Shown: in pieces, positions 28,883-38,599 of the stretch
How the letters are laid out: each line of letters begins with the position of its first letter
Position numbering within the stretch: the first letter of the stretch is position 1
Source of the DNA: Candidatus Bipolaricaulota bacterium
Lineage (GTDB): Bacteria > Bipolaricaulota > Bipolaricaulia > M55B111
DNA: 64,000 nucleotides
Reading direction: 5' to 3'
Assembly: GCA_018335015.1 (NCBI GenBank)
Contig: JAGXKX010000001.1
Location: 54,028 to 118,027 of the forward strand
Translations under genes and position numbers: made by a program
Notes under the pieces: model-generated
What the model saw: only the letters and a program-made list of their open reading frames with translations
Database searches by the model: none
What the model was told of the DNA's origin: nothing

Positions 28883-30211
28883 GTGTTAAAAAATAAAATG
28901 ATCCATCTCGACCAGACAGATTTGCCAACAAAATGGTTCAACCCTCTACCGTTATTCGAGGAACCGCTAAAACCACCGCTTAACCCGAAAACTGAAGAAC
29001 CAATGAATCCGGAAGAACTCAAGGAAATATTCCCCGAAAGCTCGATCGACCTCGAAATGAGCCGGGAGAGAGAGGTGGATATTCCAAAGGAAGTCAGCGA
29101 AAAATATAAAATCTGGAGACCGACGCCACTGATAAGGGCGACCAACCTGGAGCGAGAGCTGGATACTCCGGCCCGGATTTATTTCAAGTACGAAGGTGCT
29201 TCTCCCCCGGGAAGTCATAAGCCCAATACTGCCCTCCCTCAGACTTTTTACGCCAAACAGGAGGGGCTGAAAACGTTGACCACCGAGACCGGGGCGGGTC
29301 AGTGGGGAAGCGCCTTGAGTTTCACGACATCGCAGTTTGGAATAAACGCAAAAGTTTTCATGGTAAGAGTGAGCTACGACCAGAAGCCGTTCAGAAAGTC
29401 CATGATACAGAGCTGGAACGGAGAAATTGTCCCCAGTCCTTCGGAGGAGACTGAAGTCGGTCGAAGCTTTCTGAATGAGAATCCCGACACGGACGGCACC
29501 CTGGGTATGGCAATTAGCGAAGCCATAGAACTGGCCACCAAATCGGAAAACGCCAAGTACTCTCTGGGCAGCGTTCTGAACCACGTCCTGATTCACCAGT
29601 CGATACTCGGAAAGGAAACACGGCTTCAGCTCGAAAAGGACGGACAAAAACCGGACGTACTAATCGGCTGCACGGGCGGAGGCAGTAACTTTGGAGGACT
29701 CGTTTTACCATTCTTACAGGACATCATCGAGGAAGGAAAAGACATAAAACTAATAGGAGCCGAGGCGACGGCTTGCCCGACCTTAACCAAGGGTACCCAG
29801 GAATACGACTTCGCCGACAGCGGAGAGATGACACCGTTAATGAATATGTACACCCTCGGTCACAACTTCGTACCCGACGGAATTCATGCAGGAGGACTGA
29901 GATACCACGGCATGGCTCCGATAGTAGGAAGACTGAACAGTAAGGGTTATATGACCGCAAGAGCCTTCGAACAGACGGACATATTCGAGGCGGCACTGAC
30001 TTTTGCCAACACCGAAGGATACATTCCCGCCCCGGAGACAGCCCACGCGATAAAGGCCGCAATCGACGAAGCTAAAAAAGCGAAGGAAGAGAACGAGGAG
30101 AAGAACATAGTTTTCAATTACAGCGGTCACGGGAACTTCGACATGTCGGCCTACGACGACTACCTTGCAGGTAAATTAGAAGACGTCTACCACGAACACC
30201 CTGCCGAATAA
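28883..30211 (+). CDS. TrpB2-type tryptophan synthase beta-like PLP enzyme
   Basis: The GTG start lies 5 nt after an AGGAGG RBS. The protein has the PLP-lysine region [14 protein letters not shown] and TrpB2-length insertions (442 aa). Confidence 0.8.
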   Translation: MLKNKMIHLDQTDLPTKWFNPLPLFEEPLKPPLNPKTEEPMNPEELKEIFPESSIDLEMSREREVDIPKEVSEKYKIWRPTPLIRATNLERELDTPARIYFKYEGASPPGSHKPNTALPQTFYAKQEGLKTLTTETGAGQWGSALSFTTSQFGINAKVFMVRVSYDQKPFRKSMIQSWNGEIVPSPSEETEVGRSFLNENPDTDGTLGMAISEAIELATKSENAKYSLGSVLNHVLIHQSILGKETRLQLEKDGQKPDVLIGCTGGGSNFGGLVLPFLQDIIEEGKDIKLIGAEATACPTLTKGTQEYDFADSGEMTPLMNMYTLGHNFVPDGIHAGGLRYHGMAPIVGRLNSKGYMTARAFEQTDIFEAALTFANTEGYIPAPETAHAIKAAIDEAKKAKEENEEKNIVFNYSGHGNFDMSAYDDYLAGKLEDVYHEHPAE

Positions 30212-30280
30212 CCCCGGCGACAGGGTTAAAAATAGTCAAACATCATAGGCTTAAAAGCAAAGAATTTTTCCTAAAGCCAG

Positions 30281-30310
30281 GACCGCGGAGAACTCTCCGC
30301 GGTCTTTTTA
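30281..30310 (+). terminator. intrinsic terminator of the trpB2-like gene
   Basis: The stem GACCGCGGAG/CTCCGCGGTC encloses an aact loop and is followed by TTTTTA. Confidence 0.7.
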
Positions 30311-30313
30311 TCC

Positions 30314-30410
30314 CAGCCCTTTCACCAGCGGCGGATTTAGTTGTCTTGCCCGAATGGCTGCTCTTCGCCCCTTACCTGGCTGCCGGATTTCGTCTACTGG
30401 TAGGATTTTG
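30314..30410. repeat. MITE-like element copy C (5' half; internal core in inverted orientation; 3' part missing)
   Basis: The left TIR is CAGCCCTTTCACC (30314-30326). Its flank resembles copy D. The core TTACCTGGCTGCCGGATTTCGTCTACTGGTAGGATTTT is the reverse complement of the core in copies B, D and F. Confidence 0.6.
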
Positions 30411-30554
30411 AGTTTATTTTGCCTCCTCTCATTTGAACGTAACCACCCACCGGTTATAATTCATAAAGGTTTACAAAAATCGGAAAACAACCGGATATAA
30501 TCCCCATTACGGGAGGTAGTACCAATCTCACTAAACGAGCTCACGTTACACGAA

Positions 30555-31937
30555 TTGATCGATCTACTGGAGGAATCACCAGGGAAACTGGAAAAGCTGA
30601 TAAACGACCTATTCGCGGAAATTGACGATAACGAGCCAGACGTTCAGGCCTACCTGGAACTTGCCAGCAGTGACGAGTTACTAAAAAGCACTCGAGAACT
30701 CGTCGATCAACCGCTGAAGGGAATTCCTGGTACGATAAAGGATAATATTCAGACCCTTGGGTTCAAAACTACCTGTGGGTCCAAATTTTTGGAGGATTAC
30801 GATTCCGTCTACGACGCCACTGTAATAAAGTCCCTCAAGGAAGCCGGCTCACCAGTACTCGGTAAGGCAAATATGGACGAGTTTGCCATGGGTTCCTCAA
30901 CGGAAAATTCGTACTTTCAGACCACCAGGAATCCCCACGATCTTTCACGGGTTCCGGGTGGATCATCCGGGGGTTCGGCCGCGGCAGTAGCCGCGGATGA
31001 GGCCGTTTACGCGCTCGGCTCTGATACCGGTGGCTCGGTCAGGCACCCTGCCGCTTTTTGTGGTGTAGTCGGGATGAAACCGACATACGGTCTCGTTTCA
31101 AGATATGGTCTTACGGCTTTCGCTTCCTCCCTGGACCAAATAGGACCAATTACCAAGGACGTATATGACTCGGCCCTCTTGCTTAATTACCTCGCCAGAC
31201 ACGATGAGATGGACTCTACATCCGCGGTAAAAAAGACGCCGGACTATACCGAGGGTATAGATCGGGGAATAGAGGGGCTAAAGGTTGGGCTACCGAAAGA
31301 GTACTTTGGGAAAGAACTGGATTCCAGAATTCAGGAAAAGGCAAAAAAGTGGCGCAAAACCTTCGAAAATCTTGGCGCGGACGTTGTGGAGATATCTCTT
31401 CCTAATACAGAATACGCGATAGCTACGTACTATATAATCGCCAGTTCGGAGGCGAGTGCCAACCTCGCTCGGTTCGACGGGGTAAGGTATACAAGTAGAG
31501 CTGACACCGATTCGATCGAGGAGCTGTTTTCCAGAAGCAGGGACGAGGGGTTTGGTCCGGAGGTAAAGCGGAGAATCCTGCTCGGAACTTATGCCCTCTC
31601 CGCCGGTTATTACGATGAATACTACGGAAAAGCCCAGAAGGCTCGTCGACTCATAAAACAGGACTTCGACAGGGCATTCGAGAATGTGGACCTAATAGCC
31701 GCGCCGACTTCCCCCACGCCGGCGTTCAAGATCGGCGAAAAAATTGAGGATCCGCTGGAAATGTACCTCTCCGACGTATTTATCGTCCCGGTCAACCTGG
31801 CAGGAATCCCGGCGATGTCCATGCCCGGTGGGAAAGTAAACGACCTACCGGTAGGGATGCAAATAATGGGTGGAAGTCTGGCCGAAAAGAAGATACTCCG
31901 GGCCGGTTACGCGTTTGAGCGGAATTTCGAAGATTAA
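30555..31937 (+). CDS. gatA: Glu-tRNA(Gln)/Asp-tRNA(Asn) amidotransferase subunit A (amidase signature family)
   Basis: It starts at TTG. The amidase signature is GGSSGGSAAAVAA ... GSDTGGSVRHPAAFCGVVGMKPTYG. Confidence 0.85.
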   Translation: MIDLLEESPGKLEKLINDLFAEIDDNEPDVQAYLELASSDELLKSTRELVDQPLKGIPGTIKDNIQTLGFKTTCGSKFLEDYDSVYDATVIKSLKEAGSPVLGKANMDEFAMGSSTENSYFQTTRNPHDLSRVPGGSSGGSAAAVAADEAVYALGSDTGGSVRHPAAFCGVVGMKPTYGLVSRYGLTAFASSLDQIGPITKDVYDSALLLNYLARHDEMDSTSAVKKTPDYTEGIDRGIEGLKVGLPKEYFGKELDSRIQEKAKKWRKTFENLGADVVEISLPNTEYAIATYYIIASSEASANLARFDGVRYTSRADTDSIEELFSRSRDEGFGPEVKRRILLGTYALSAGYYDEYYGKAQKARRLIKQDFDRAFENVDLIAAPTSPTPAFKIGEKIEDPLEMYLSDVFIVPVNLAGIPAMSMPGGKVNDLPVGMQIMGGSLAEKKILRAGYAFERNFED

Positions 31938-31974
31938 GTCGACCGAGCTCAGGTTGACTCTCGGGTGATCCGGT

Positions 31975-32979
31975 GTGACCTCTATAACCCCTATAGCGGG
32001 ATTGATCTCCCTCTCAGTTAGCTTCGTAGCGGCTCGGCTATTGATAATTTCGATGAATTCCCGGGGAATTGGACAATACATAAGAAGCTGGGGTCCAAAA
32101 GTTCACGAACACAAGAGCGGAACTCCAACGATGGGCGGCCTGGCCATGCTCGCGGGTCTCGGTTCGGCACTAATCTACCTCTGGTTAAGTTTCCCGGGAG
32201 GGAGAAGTAACCTTATTCTGTTTGCGGTCGGGACCTTCGGGTTCGGAACTATTGGTATCCTGGACGACGTCCTGAGTCTGGTCAAGGGAAAAGCGGAGGG
32301 CCTCTCACCAGGCGGGAAGATAATTGCTCAGTTAGCGGTGGCCGTGGTTTTTCTCGTTCTCGTATTCCGGCTTTTAGACCAACCAAATCAATTGTCGTTG
32401 CCGTTTACTTCGACAGTTGTGACCATTGCCCCCGTCTACTACTGGATTCTTGTAGTTTTCATTTTCCTGAGCACGGTAAACGCCGTCAACCTTACTGACG
32501 GTATGGACGGACTGGCCGCGGGAGCAAGTTTTATATCGATCTCGGCTTTCGCCTTGATCGGGGGCGGGGGAATTATACCGTTTATCACGGGAGCTCTCGC
32601 CGCCATTATCGGTTTTCTCTGGTATAACTCATTCCCGGCTGAAATCTTTATGGGAGATACTGGATCCTTTGCTCTGGGGGGGTTTATCGGGTCCGCCGCT
32701 GTACTTGCCCGAGGCGAGGTCTTTCTACCCCTCCTCGGCGGGCTATTCGTTTTCGAAACTTTGTCCGTCCTGATCCAGGTCGGTTACTACAAGACAACGG
32801 GGAACAGGGTATTCAAAATAAGCCCGCTCCACCACCACTTCGAGTCAGCAGAGGGAGTTGATTACGATTTCTTTCTCCCAGAGGTTGCGTGGAGCGAACC
32901 AAAAGTCACCGCCAGGTTATTGATAAGCCATCTGGTCTTAGCGGGTATCGGATTGGCTGGCTTTTTCATTTGGGGATGA
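31975..32979 (+). CDS. mraY: phospho-N-acetylmuramoyl-pentapeptide transferase family (MraY/WecA-like polyprenyl-phosphate sugar-1-phosphate transferase)
   Basis: About 10 TM segments are predicted. The motifs NAVNLTDGMDGLAAG, GTPTMGG and LHHHFE are present. Confidence 0.75.
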   Translation: MTSITPIAGLISLSVSFVAARLLIISMNSRGIGQYIRSWGPKVHEHKSGTPTMGGLAMLAGLGSALIYLWLSFPGGRSNLILFAVGTFGFGTIGILDDVLSLVKGKAEGLSPGGKIIAQLAVAVVFLVLVFRLLDQPNQLSLPFTSTVVTIAPVYYWILVVFIFLSTVNAVNLTDGMDGLAAGASFISISAFALIGGGGIIPFITGALAAIIGFLWYNSFPAEIFMGDTGSFALGGFIGSAAVLARGEVFLPLLGGLFVFETLSVLIQVGYYKTTGNRVFKISPLHHHFESAEGVDYDFFLPEVAWSEPKVTARLLISHLVLAGIGLAGFFIWG

Positions 32980-33015
32980 TCATTTTGACGCTTTTCCCGG
33001 CAGGATATTAAAACT

Positions 33016-33165
33016 CAGATCTTTCACCAACGACAGATTTAGCTATCTGGTTCGGATAACTGCTCTCTACCCCTTAGCTGGCAACTGATTTAACCTTCAA
33101 ATCCTACCAGTAGACGAAATCCGGCAGCCAGGTAAGGGGTAGAGAGCCAGTAGTGAAAAAATGAA
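33016..33165. repeat. MITE-like element copy D
   Basis: The left TIR is CAGATCTTTCACC (33016-33028). The hairpin spans 33063-33146 (CTCTCTACCCC-TTAGCTGGC ... GCCAGGTAA-GGGGTAGAGAG, with a perfectly complementary outer stem). The right end AGTAGTGAAAAAATGA is degenerate. It abuts the 3' end of rnpB. Confidence 0.65.
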
Positions 33166-33217
33166 AACAATACTCACAATTAAGTCTCGCTTTCATGCGC
33201 CGGTATAAGAACTGAAT

Positions 33218-33560
33218 AAAAAAGACGAAGGGGAAGTTAAGCCGGATCCTGTGTTAGGAAGCCATCTATCTCAGCAGCCTACCCGAAGGTTACGGGAGCG
33301 GGCAGCTCCATACCTCCCTATTTGGCTTTACTCCGGTTGGGGTTTACCCTGCCTTCCGCCTCACGGCTGAAGCGGTGAGCTCTTACCTCACCGTTGCACC
33401 CTCTCCCAGCACTCAATTAAGTGCTGGGTGGTCTATTTTCTGTGGCACTTTCCAGCCGTCGCCGGCTCTGGTCTTCGGCAGTGAAACATCGACCAGCAAC
33501 CTGCCCTGCGGAGTCCGGACTTTCCTCGGCCGTAAGGCCGCGGCTTCCTCTTCCCCTTCG
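33218..33560 (-). ncRNA. rnpB: RNase P RNA (type A)
   Basis: The minus-strand transcript contains GAGGAAAGUCCGGACUCCGCAGGGCAGG (P4), ACAGAAAAUAGACCACC, GGUAAGAGCUCACCG, GGUAAACCCCAACCGGAGUAAAGCCAAAUAGGG, GGGUAGGCUGCUGAGA and ACAGGAUCCGGCUUAAC. The P1 helix is formed by GUCGAAGGGGAAG and CUUCCCCUUCGUC, followed by UUUUUU. The track ORF 33375..33602 inside it is spurious. Confidence 0.85.
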
Positions 33561-33565
33561 ACCAA

Positions 33566-33594
33566 ATTTTACTCTCCTTTAATTTTCAGTTCAA
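33566..33594 (-). promoter_or_regulatory. sigma70-like promoter of rnpB: -35 TTGAAC, 17-nt spacer, -10 TAAAAT (minus strand)
   Basis: The plus-strand complements are GTTCAA at 33589-33594 and ATTTTA at 33566-33571. The predicted TSS is about 6 nt upstream of P1. Confidence 0.5.
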
Positions 33595-33661
33595 TTGGGT
33601 AATCTTAATTTTGACGAGTCCCGTGAAAAAAGGATATTTTTTACCAGACAAGGAGGTTGAA

Positions 33662-34069
33662 ATGAAGTATAAAACGATCGGCAATAAGTTGTTCGTCAGA
33701 CTGGAGAAAGGTGAAGAGGTAGTCTCCAAACTCGAACAAATTCTGGAAGAAGAAGGGGTCCATGCGGGTTCTTTCCAGGGGATAGGGGCCGTGTCGAAGG
33801 CAACTTTAGGACATTATTCCCTGGAATCAAAGGACTACAGCGAGAAGGAACTGGACCAGCCCCTCGAGATAGTATCGCTCCAGGGAACCGTATCCGGAGA
33901 AGGAGTTCACCCTCACGTCTGCCTGGGAACAAAAGACATGAAAACGTACGGAGGCCACCTTGTAGAAGCAGTCGTGGCCGCGACTTGCGAAATTATCGTT
34001 AAACCCGAGCCTGGTGGCCTCGACCGTTACTACGACGAGGAAATCGGTCTGGATCTCCTCGAACTCTAG
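33662..34069 (+). CDS. PPC/DUF296-domain protein
   Basis: The start was moved to Met18 (MKYKTIGN), which has AGGAGG 6 nt upstream. The motif HPHVCLGTKDMKTYGGHL is typical of the DUF296 family. Confidence 0.6.
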   Translation: MKYKTIGNKLFVRLEKGEEVVSKLEQILEEEGVHAGSFQGIGAVSKATLGHYSLESKDYSEKELDQPLEIVSLQGTVSGEGVHPHVCLGTKDMKTYGGHLVEAVVAATCEIIVKPEPGGLDRYYDEEIGLDLLEL

Positions 34070-34923
34070 CTTCTTTTTTTTCGATTCTCTCGCAACCGGA
34101 AGAAACCAAGTCCGATTACCACCATTATTCCGAGCAATCCGCAAGCGACAACTAGAAGGGCACTCCGAAAAGCCCATTCGAAATTAATTGAAGGATCCGA
34201 GGGAGACGCCAGCAGAACCTCGAAGGGTTTTCGCAGCGCTCCGACCATAAGTCCGATCAGAAAGCCAAGGGTTTCCGAGCGCCAGCTATCGAGGGCAAAC
34301 GACAGAACTCGAGAAAAAGCAACTATCCCCAGCCCGGCCCCGAGGGCAAAAACTAATAACGTAGGGAGGCTTGAGGGCAGTTCCCCGACTGAATCCAGGA
34401 TGTATTCGTACTGTCCCAGTAGCAAAAGTATGAATGCTCCGGATATCCCGGGTAGTATCATGGCGCAAATCGCTATAGCTCCAGCAGCCAAAATAACCGG
34501 GAGACCGTGGCCAAAACTCCCGGCCGAAACTCCAATTATCATAACCGCAGATAAAGCACCGATTATACTGGTTGCAGCGGACGAAGGCTTTATTTCCGGA
34601 ACTTCAAAATACAACAATCCGGCCGAAGCAAGTATCAGTCCGAAAAAGAAGGAATACGTGTAGGGCGGAAAATGCTCCAGTAAATATCTTACAAACTGTG
34701 ACCCCACGAGCAGGGCTATTCCGATCCCGAGGCCAAGAGGGATCAGAAAACTGTAGTTGATGTTCTTAAGTCCGTTTCGGAACTCTTCTAGCTTTCCCCT
34801 CAGAAGGTCCAGGAGGATCCCGGGCTTAAAAGATTCCAAGGCTAAAATCAGATCTTCGTAAATTCCCGTAATGAGGGCCATCGTTCCCCCGGACACGCCG
34901 GGAATCACGTCGGCAAACCCCAT
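34066..34923 (-). CDS. DUF368-family polytopic membrane protein
   Basis: The start is set at Met37 of the track ORF (MGFADVIPGVSGGTMALITGIYED is the family's conserved N-terminus). Multiple TM segments are predicted. Confidence 0.7.
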   Translation of the reverse strand: MGFADVIPGVSGGTMALITGIYEDLILALESFKPGILLDLLRGKLEEFRNGLKNINYSFLIPLGLGIGIALLVGSQFVRYLLEHFPPYTYSFFFGLILASAGLLYFEVPEIKPSSAATSIIGALSAVMIIGVSAGSFGHGLPVILAAGAIAICAMILPGISGAFILLLLGQYEYILDSVGELPSSLPTLLVFALGAGLGIVAFSRVLSFALDSWRSETLGFLIGLMVGALRKPFEVLLASPSDPSINFEWAFRSALLVVACGLLGIMVVIGLGFFRLRENRKKRS

Positions 34924-35083
34924 TACAACCCCTTTCAGAAACAAAATCGCTTTAGTTCTCAAATATTTCAAGGTTATCGCTTTTTCTCCAGTAGTTAGAG
35001 TTAGCCTTCCTAATCCGGAGACCACTACCACTCGGCTCTTTTACTGATGCCGTGCCAATTCTCCGGTCTTATCTGCTCCGGCG

Positions 35084-35146
35084 CTTGCCTGGCGACTGAT
35101 ACGACCTAAAGGATAGGAGATAGCCAGATTTCGTCAGCCAGCCAAA
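35084..35146. repeat. degenerate relic related to the MITE-like family (copy E)
   Basis: TGCCTGGCGACTGAT resembles the core TACCTGGCAACTGAT. AGCCAGATTTCGTCAGCCAGCC contains GATTTCGTC, the reverse complement of the core GACGAAATC. The similarity is weak. Confidence 0.3.
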
Positions 35147-35294
35147 CGGGGAGTACGGTGATCAAATTATTTTCTGAGAATCGTCGGGAAATTTCAACGT
35201 AAAAACAAATATGAGTGCCCAAACCCGTTTATTGCCTGAAAGTCCCCGTAAAAGTTAGCAAATTAAGGCTTTAACGCCAAATTTACCTGGTCCA

Positions 35295-36761
35295 CTAATC
35301 CACGGAAGACCCGCTCAACTCAGGCGTATCGGTCGTTTCCGTTAATTCTTCGGAAATAGTCTCCTCGGGTTCTTCTTTAATTGTTCGCTCTTTCCAGGTC
35401 CCGGTGAGAAACCAGACGAAAGCCATTATTCCGACTACGAAATTACTGGTAAACAGACCCAACCAAATCCCGTCTTTACCAAGGTTTACTCCCGCCAGCC
35501 CAAACGCCAGAAGATAGGAAACCCCTACCCTAAGAGGAATGAGTCGAATCAAAGACATTATCATCGGTGGTCTGGTATGGCCCGACCCCCGAAAGACGGA
35601 GCTTGTCAATCTGAAGACGCCAAAAAATGGAATCGACCAGAGAAATATACTGAGGAAACGCGCCCCCGCGGTAATAACCTCAGGGTCATCAATAAACACA
35701 CCAAACAACGGGCGTCTCAGGAGAAAAACGGCAAACGCAAGCGTTACGAGGGTGGAAAAGGAGAGGCTGTAAGCCCTTTTTGCAATTGATGAAGCCCTAC
35801 TTTCGTTCTCTGCCCCTATATTTTGCCCGATCATCGTAGTGAGAGGCGAGGCAAGCCCCCAAATTGCCACGTTGAGCAAACGAATTATCCTTTGCCCTAT
35901 CCCGTAAGCGGATACGGCGACGACTCCCAGCCGCGATATCAATCCCATTAATAAAACCGAACCAACGGCCGTACCCGCCTGTCCAATCGCCGAGGGCAAC
36001 CCGATTTTTAGTATCTGTTTGACCCATCTTAACTTCAGGATCAGATCCCGAAGGTGCAGATGAATTTCCAGCCTCCCGGAAAATAGGAGGTAAATAGCCA
36101 AGAGCGAGGCGGCTCCTCGGCTTAAAACCGTTGCCAGAGCTGCTCCAGCAACTCCCATTCCCGGCAATGTACCCAGACCGAAGATAAGTAGCGGATCCAG
36201 AAACATATTAGCGATGACAGAAGCGCCAGTCACCAGCATCGGAGTGATCATGTCACCGATTCCTCTAATAAGTGAGCGGAAGGCAAAAAATACGAACATC
36301 AAAGGAAGCCCCGAAAATATTATCCTGATGTAGATCAGGGCTTTAGGAAATACGTCCTCGGGAACGCCCATCAGGGTTCGGAGAAGGCCAGGGGCAACAA
36401 TGTAACCGATAGCCGAAAGGACCACCGAACTAACCAGCATAAATGAGATGACCTGTCCAGCCGCTTTATTGGCGTTTTCAGAGCTACCGGCCCCCGTATG
36501 CTGGGAGACAAGCGATACCCCGGCTATCGAGAATCCAAAACCGAGTGAAATCAATAAGAATACGACCGGAAAACCCACGGTCGGTGCGGAAACGGCCACC
36601 TTGCCAATCTTCCCGAGCCAGTAGGTATCGACAAGATTGTAAAGCATCTGGAGGGCGTTTGAGATAATGACCGGCCAGCCCAGAACCAGCAAAGTTTTGA
36701 TTATCGGTCCATTCAGAATGTCGTCTTTCAGCCGTTCAATCCTAGTTGTGGTCTCTTTCAT
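35295..36761 (-). CDS. MATE-family multidrug/oligosaccharidyl-lipid efflux transporter
   Basis: It is 488 aa with 12 predicted TM segments and NorM-like motifs. Confidence 0.85.
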   Translation of the reverse strand: MKETTTRIERLKDDILNGPIIKTLLVLGWPVIISNALQMLYNLVDTYWLGKIGKVAVSAPTVGFPVVFLLISLGFGFSIAGVSLVSQHTGAGSSENANKAAGQVISFMLVSSVVLSAIGYIVAPGLLRTLMGVPEDVFPKALIYIRIIFSGLPLMFVFFAFRSLIRGIGDMITPMLVTGASVIANMFLDPLLIFGLGTLPGMGVAGAALATVLSRGAASLLAIYLLFSGRLEIHLHLRDLILKLRWVKQILKIGLPSAIGQAGTAVGSVLLMGLISRLGVVAVSAYGIGQRIIRLLNVAIWGLASPLTTMIGQNIGAENESRASSIAKRAYSLSFSTLVTLAFAVFLLRRPLFGVFIDDPEVITAGARFLSIFLWSIPFFGVFRLTSSVFRGSGHTRPPMIMSLIRLIPLRVGVSYLLAFGLAGVNLGKDGIWLGLFTSNFVVGIMAFVWFLTGTWKERTIKEEPEETISEELTETTDTPELSGSSVD

Positions 36762-36982
36762 GGTTTTTTGATTATACGGTGTTTTGAGTTATTTCTAGCA
36801 CCTATTTAAAAATCAAACTCAACAGCTTTTTATTCTCCCCGGAACAGGGATTGTCGTGCCTCCTTTCCAATGGGGGCGGGATCTTTACTTGAACCTAAAC
36901 GGTACGAGTGACTCTTTTTACGTTATTCAAGAAGGTGGGGCTTCCGTACACCCTAATAAAAAAGAAAGACCAAATTGTACCG

Positions 36983-38599
36983 TTACCACTTATAAATAGT
37001 ATTCAAAATAACGTCCTGAACACCTTCGTCGGCAGCGAGAACTAGCCCGGTAACTAATTCAAAAGAATTACTTAATCTGTAGCTGGCTTCGCTTGTAAGC
37101 TCGCTAAACCCGAATAAACCGGGATCAGACCCCCAGTAAGCATCCAGGGCCAGCTCTAGATTTCCTCCCCCTCCTTCTAAGGACAGTGCTCCCTCGTAAT
37201 CCGTTTGTCCAAATGCGAACGATCTTTCCTCGTAGGAAAACTCAGCTTCAGTGGTTAGGTCGTAATCGGAGGCACGCAGTCGCCAGTCATCCCGGCCCCT
37301 TAACCGCTGCAATCTATTATTACCAAGGGCCTGAATAAAACTGGCTCTTACGTTGCCTAACTGAATCCCATTAACCCCGTAACCTTTTAAATTTATTCCG
37401 GTTATCTGGCTCTCTTCCTCGGTCAATTCGTTCGGACGCATTTCCGAGTAGACGTCGAAGCAGGCCCATTCCAGGTTTAGTGACGGTTCAAGCGAAAGAG
37501 TTTTCTTCCTAGCGCTATACGTCATCGTACCTTCGAACTCGATGATTCCCGATGACTCTTCGAACCAGAAATCTACCTCGGTCTTTTCATACCCGTCCTC
37601 AGCCGTAAAACTGTTCGCCGTGTCGAGCCGTATCGGTCCGAGCTCGATTCCATTTATTTCCACTTCGCTTCCCGTGTAACCCACGTACCTGCCGTCGGTG
37701 TCAAATACGTCGTAGCCGCTCCCGGGATTATCCCCGACCATCTCTGGAGGGTTAGGCACTAACCCCAGCCTCGTCTTCAGTTCGACGGAAACGCCGCTTA
37801 TTTTCATTCCGGACAGGGCCAGTTCCAGTCCCGCGCCATAGTTGCTGTCAACCCCCAGCTGTTCGGTAAGGGTTTCCTCCGAAATAGATTTAAGTATCTC
37901 TTCTAATGTCTCTGCAGAAATATCCTCGAGCTCCAGGTCAGGATTCTGAAACACGCCCTCCAGCTCAGTCCGTCCCTCGACTGAGATCTTATCTTTAGTC
38001 CCCAAAATGACCTGCTTCGAGACTCCCTTTAAGATAGCCGGGCTGCTCTCGTGTATTTCCTCGGACAGGAAAACGCCGCGGTAGGAGAACCCTCCGTAAT
38101 TAATTATTCCCTTAGTAACCCAGTAGTCCATCTCTTCCTCGCTAAGATAAACCCGGGAACTCCCACCGGCCGTGCCCACAGGATAATCGGGCCCAAAATC
38201 TTCTGCAAAAAAACCATCAAGTTTCAGTTTAAAATCATCCAAACCCGAAGTCGCCGAAATCAGGGGAGCCTCTATGTCCCCGCTCAGCGCGAGCCCAGTA
38301 TCGAAAAGAGTGTTCGTGGTATTTGGCCAGTAAAGAGCAGTAGTCAGTTGACTGGGATAGTCCGTTAGGTTCCCTTCCAGGTAGTCCACCCGGAAATTCG
38401 TTACTGAATTTTCCCCCAGCAAAGACCCCCCTGGGCCCAGCCAAAGTTCAGTGTCGACTTCTCCGTCAATCCTGGCCCGAACCGGCAAAGGGGGCAAGAC
38501 CAGCAGGCCGAGAGCAAAAAGACCAATAAATAATAAAATGTCGATTCTCATTGAGTTAATCGGGTTGACCGAAGGAACCGTTTCACCACATTTATTCAT
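36983..38599 (-). CDS. large exported beta-rich hypothetical protein (last gene of the PadR/ABC operon)
   Basis: It is 538 aa with an N-terminal hydrophobic signal or anchor (IDILLFIGLFALGLLVLPPLPVRA). It overlaps the permease gene by 8 nt. No family was recognised. Confidence 0.5.
   Translation of the reverse strand: MNKCGETVPSVNPINSMRIDILLFIGLFALGLLVLPPLPVRARIDGEVDTELWLGPGGSLLGENSVTNFRVDYLEGNLTDYPSQLTTALYWPNTTNTLFDTGLALSGDIEAPLISATSGLDDFKLKLDGFFAEDFGPDYPVGTAGGSSRVYLSEEEMDYWVTKGIINYGGFSYRGVFLSEEIHESSPAILKGVSKQVILGTKDKISVEGRTELEGVFQNPDLELEDISAETLEEILKSISEETLTEQLGVDSNYGAGLELALSGMKISGVSVELKTRLGLVPNPPEMVGDNPGSGYDVFDTDGRYVGYTGSEVEINGIELGPIRLDTANSFTAEDGYEKTEVDFWFEESSGIIEFEGTMTYSARKKTLSLEPSLNLEWACFDVYSEMRPNELTEEESQITGINLKGYGVNGIQLGNVRASFIQALGNNRLQRLRGRDDWRLRASDYDLTTEAEFSYEERSFAFGQTDYEGALSLEGGGGNLELALDAYWGSDPGLFGFSELTSEASYRLSNSFELVTGLVLAADEGVQDVILNTIYKW

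Noticed and set aside
28967-29647. 226-aa minus-strand ORF
   Set aside because: It is antisense to the well-supported TrpB2-type gene and has no recognisable domain. Similar antisense ORFs lie at 10288..10722, 60984..61484, 38051..38368 and 12256..13080 inside iscS, rnz, prx and others. All were rejected for the same reason.
33375-33602. 75-aa plus-strand ORF from the six-frame track
   Set aside because: It lies entirely inside the minus-strand RNase P RNA (rnpB), and its open frame is incidental to the GC-rich structured RNA.
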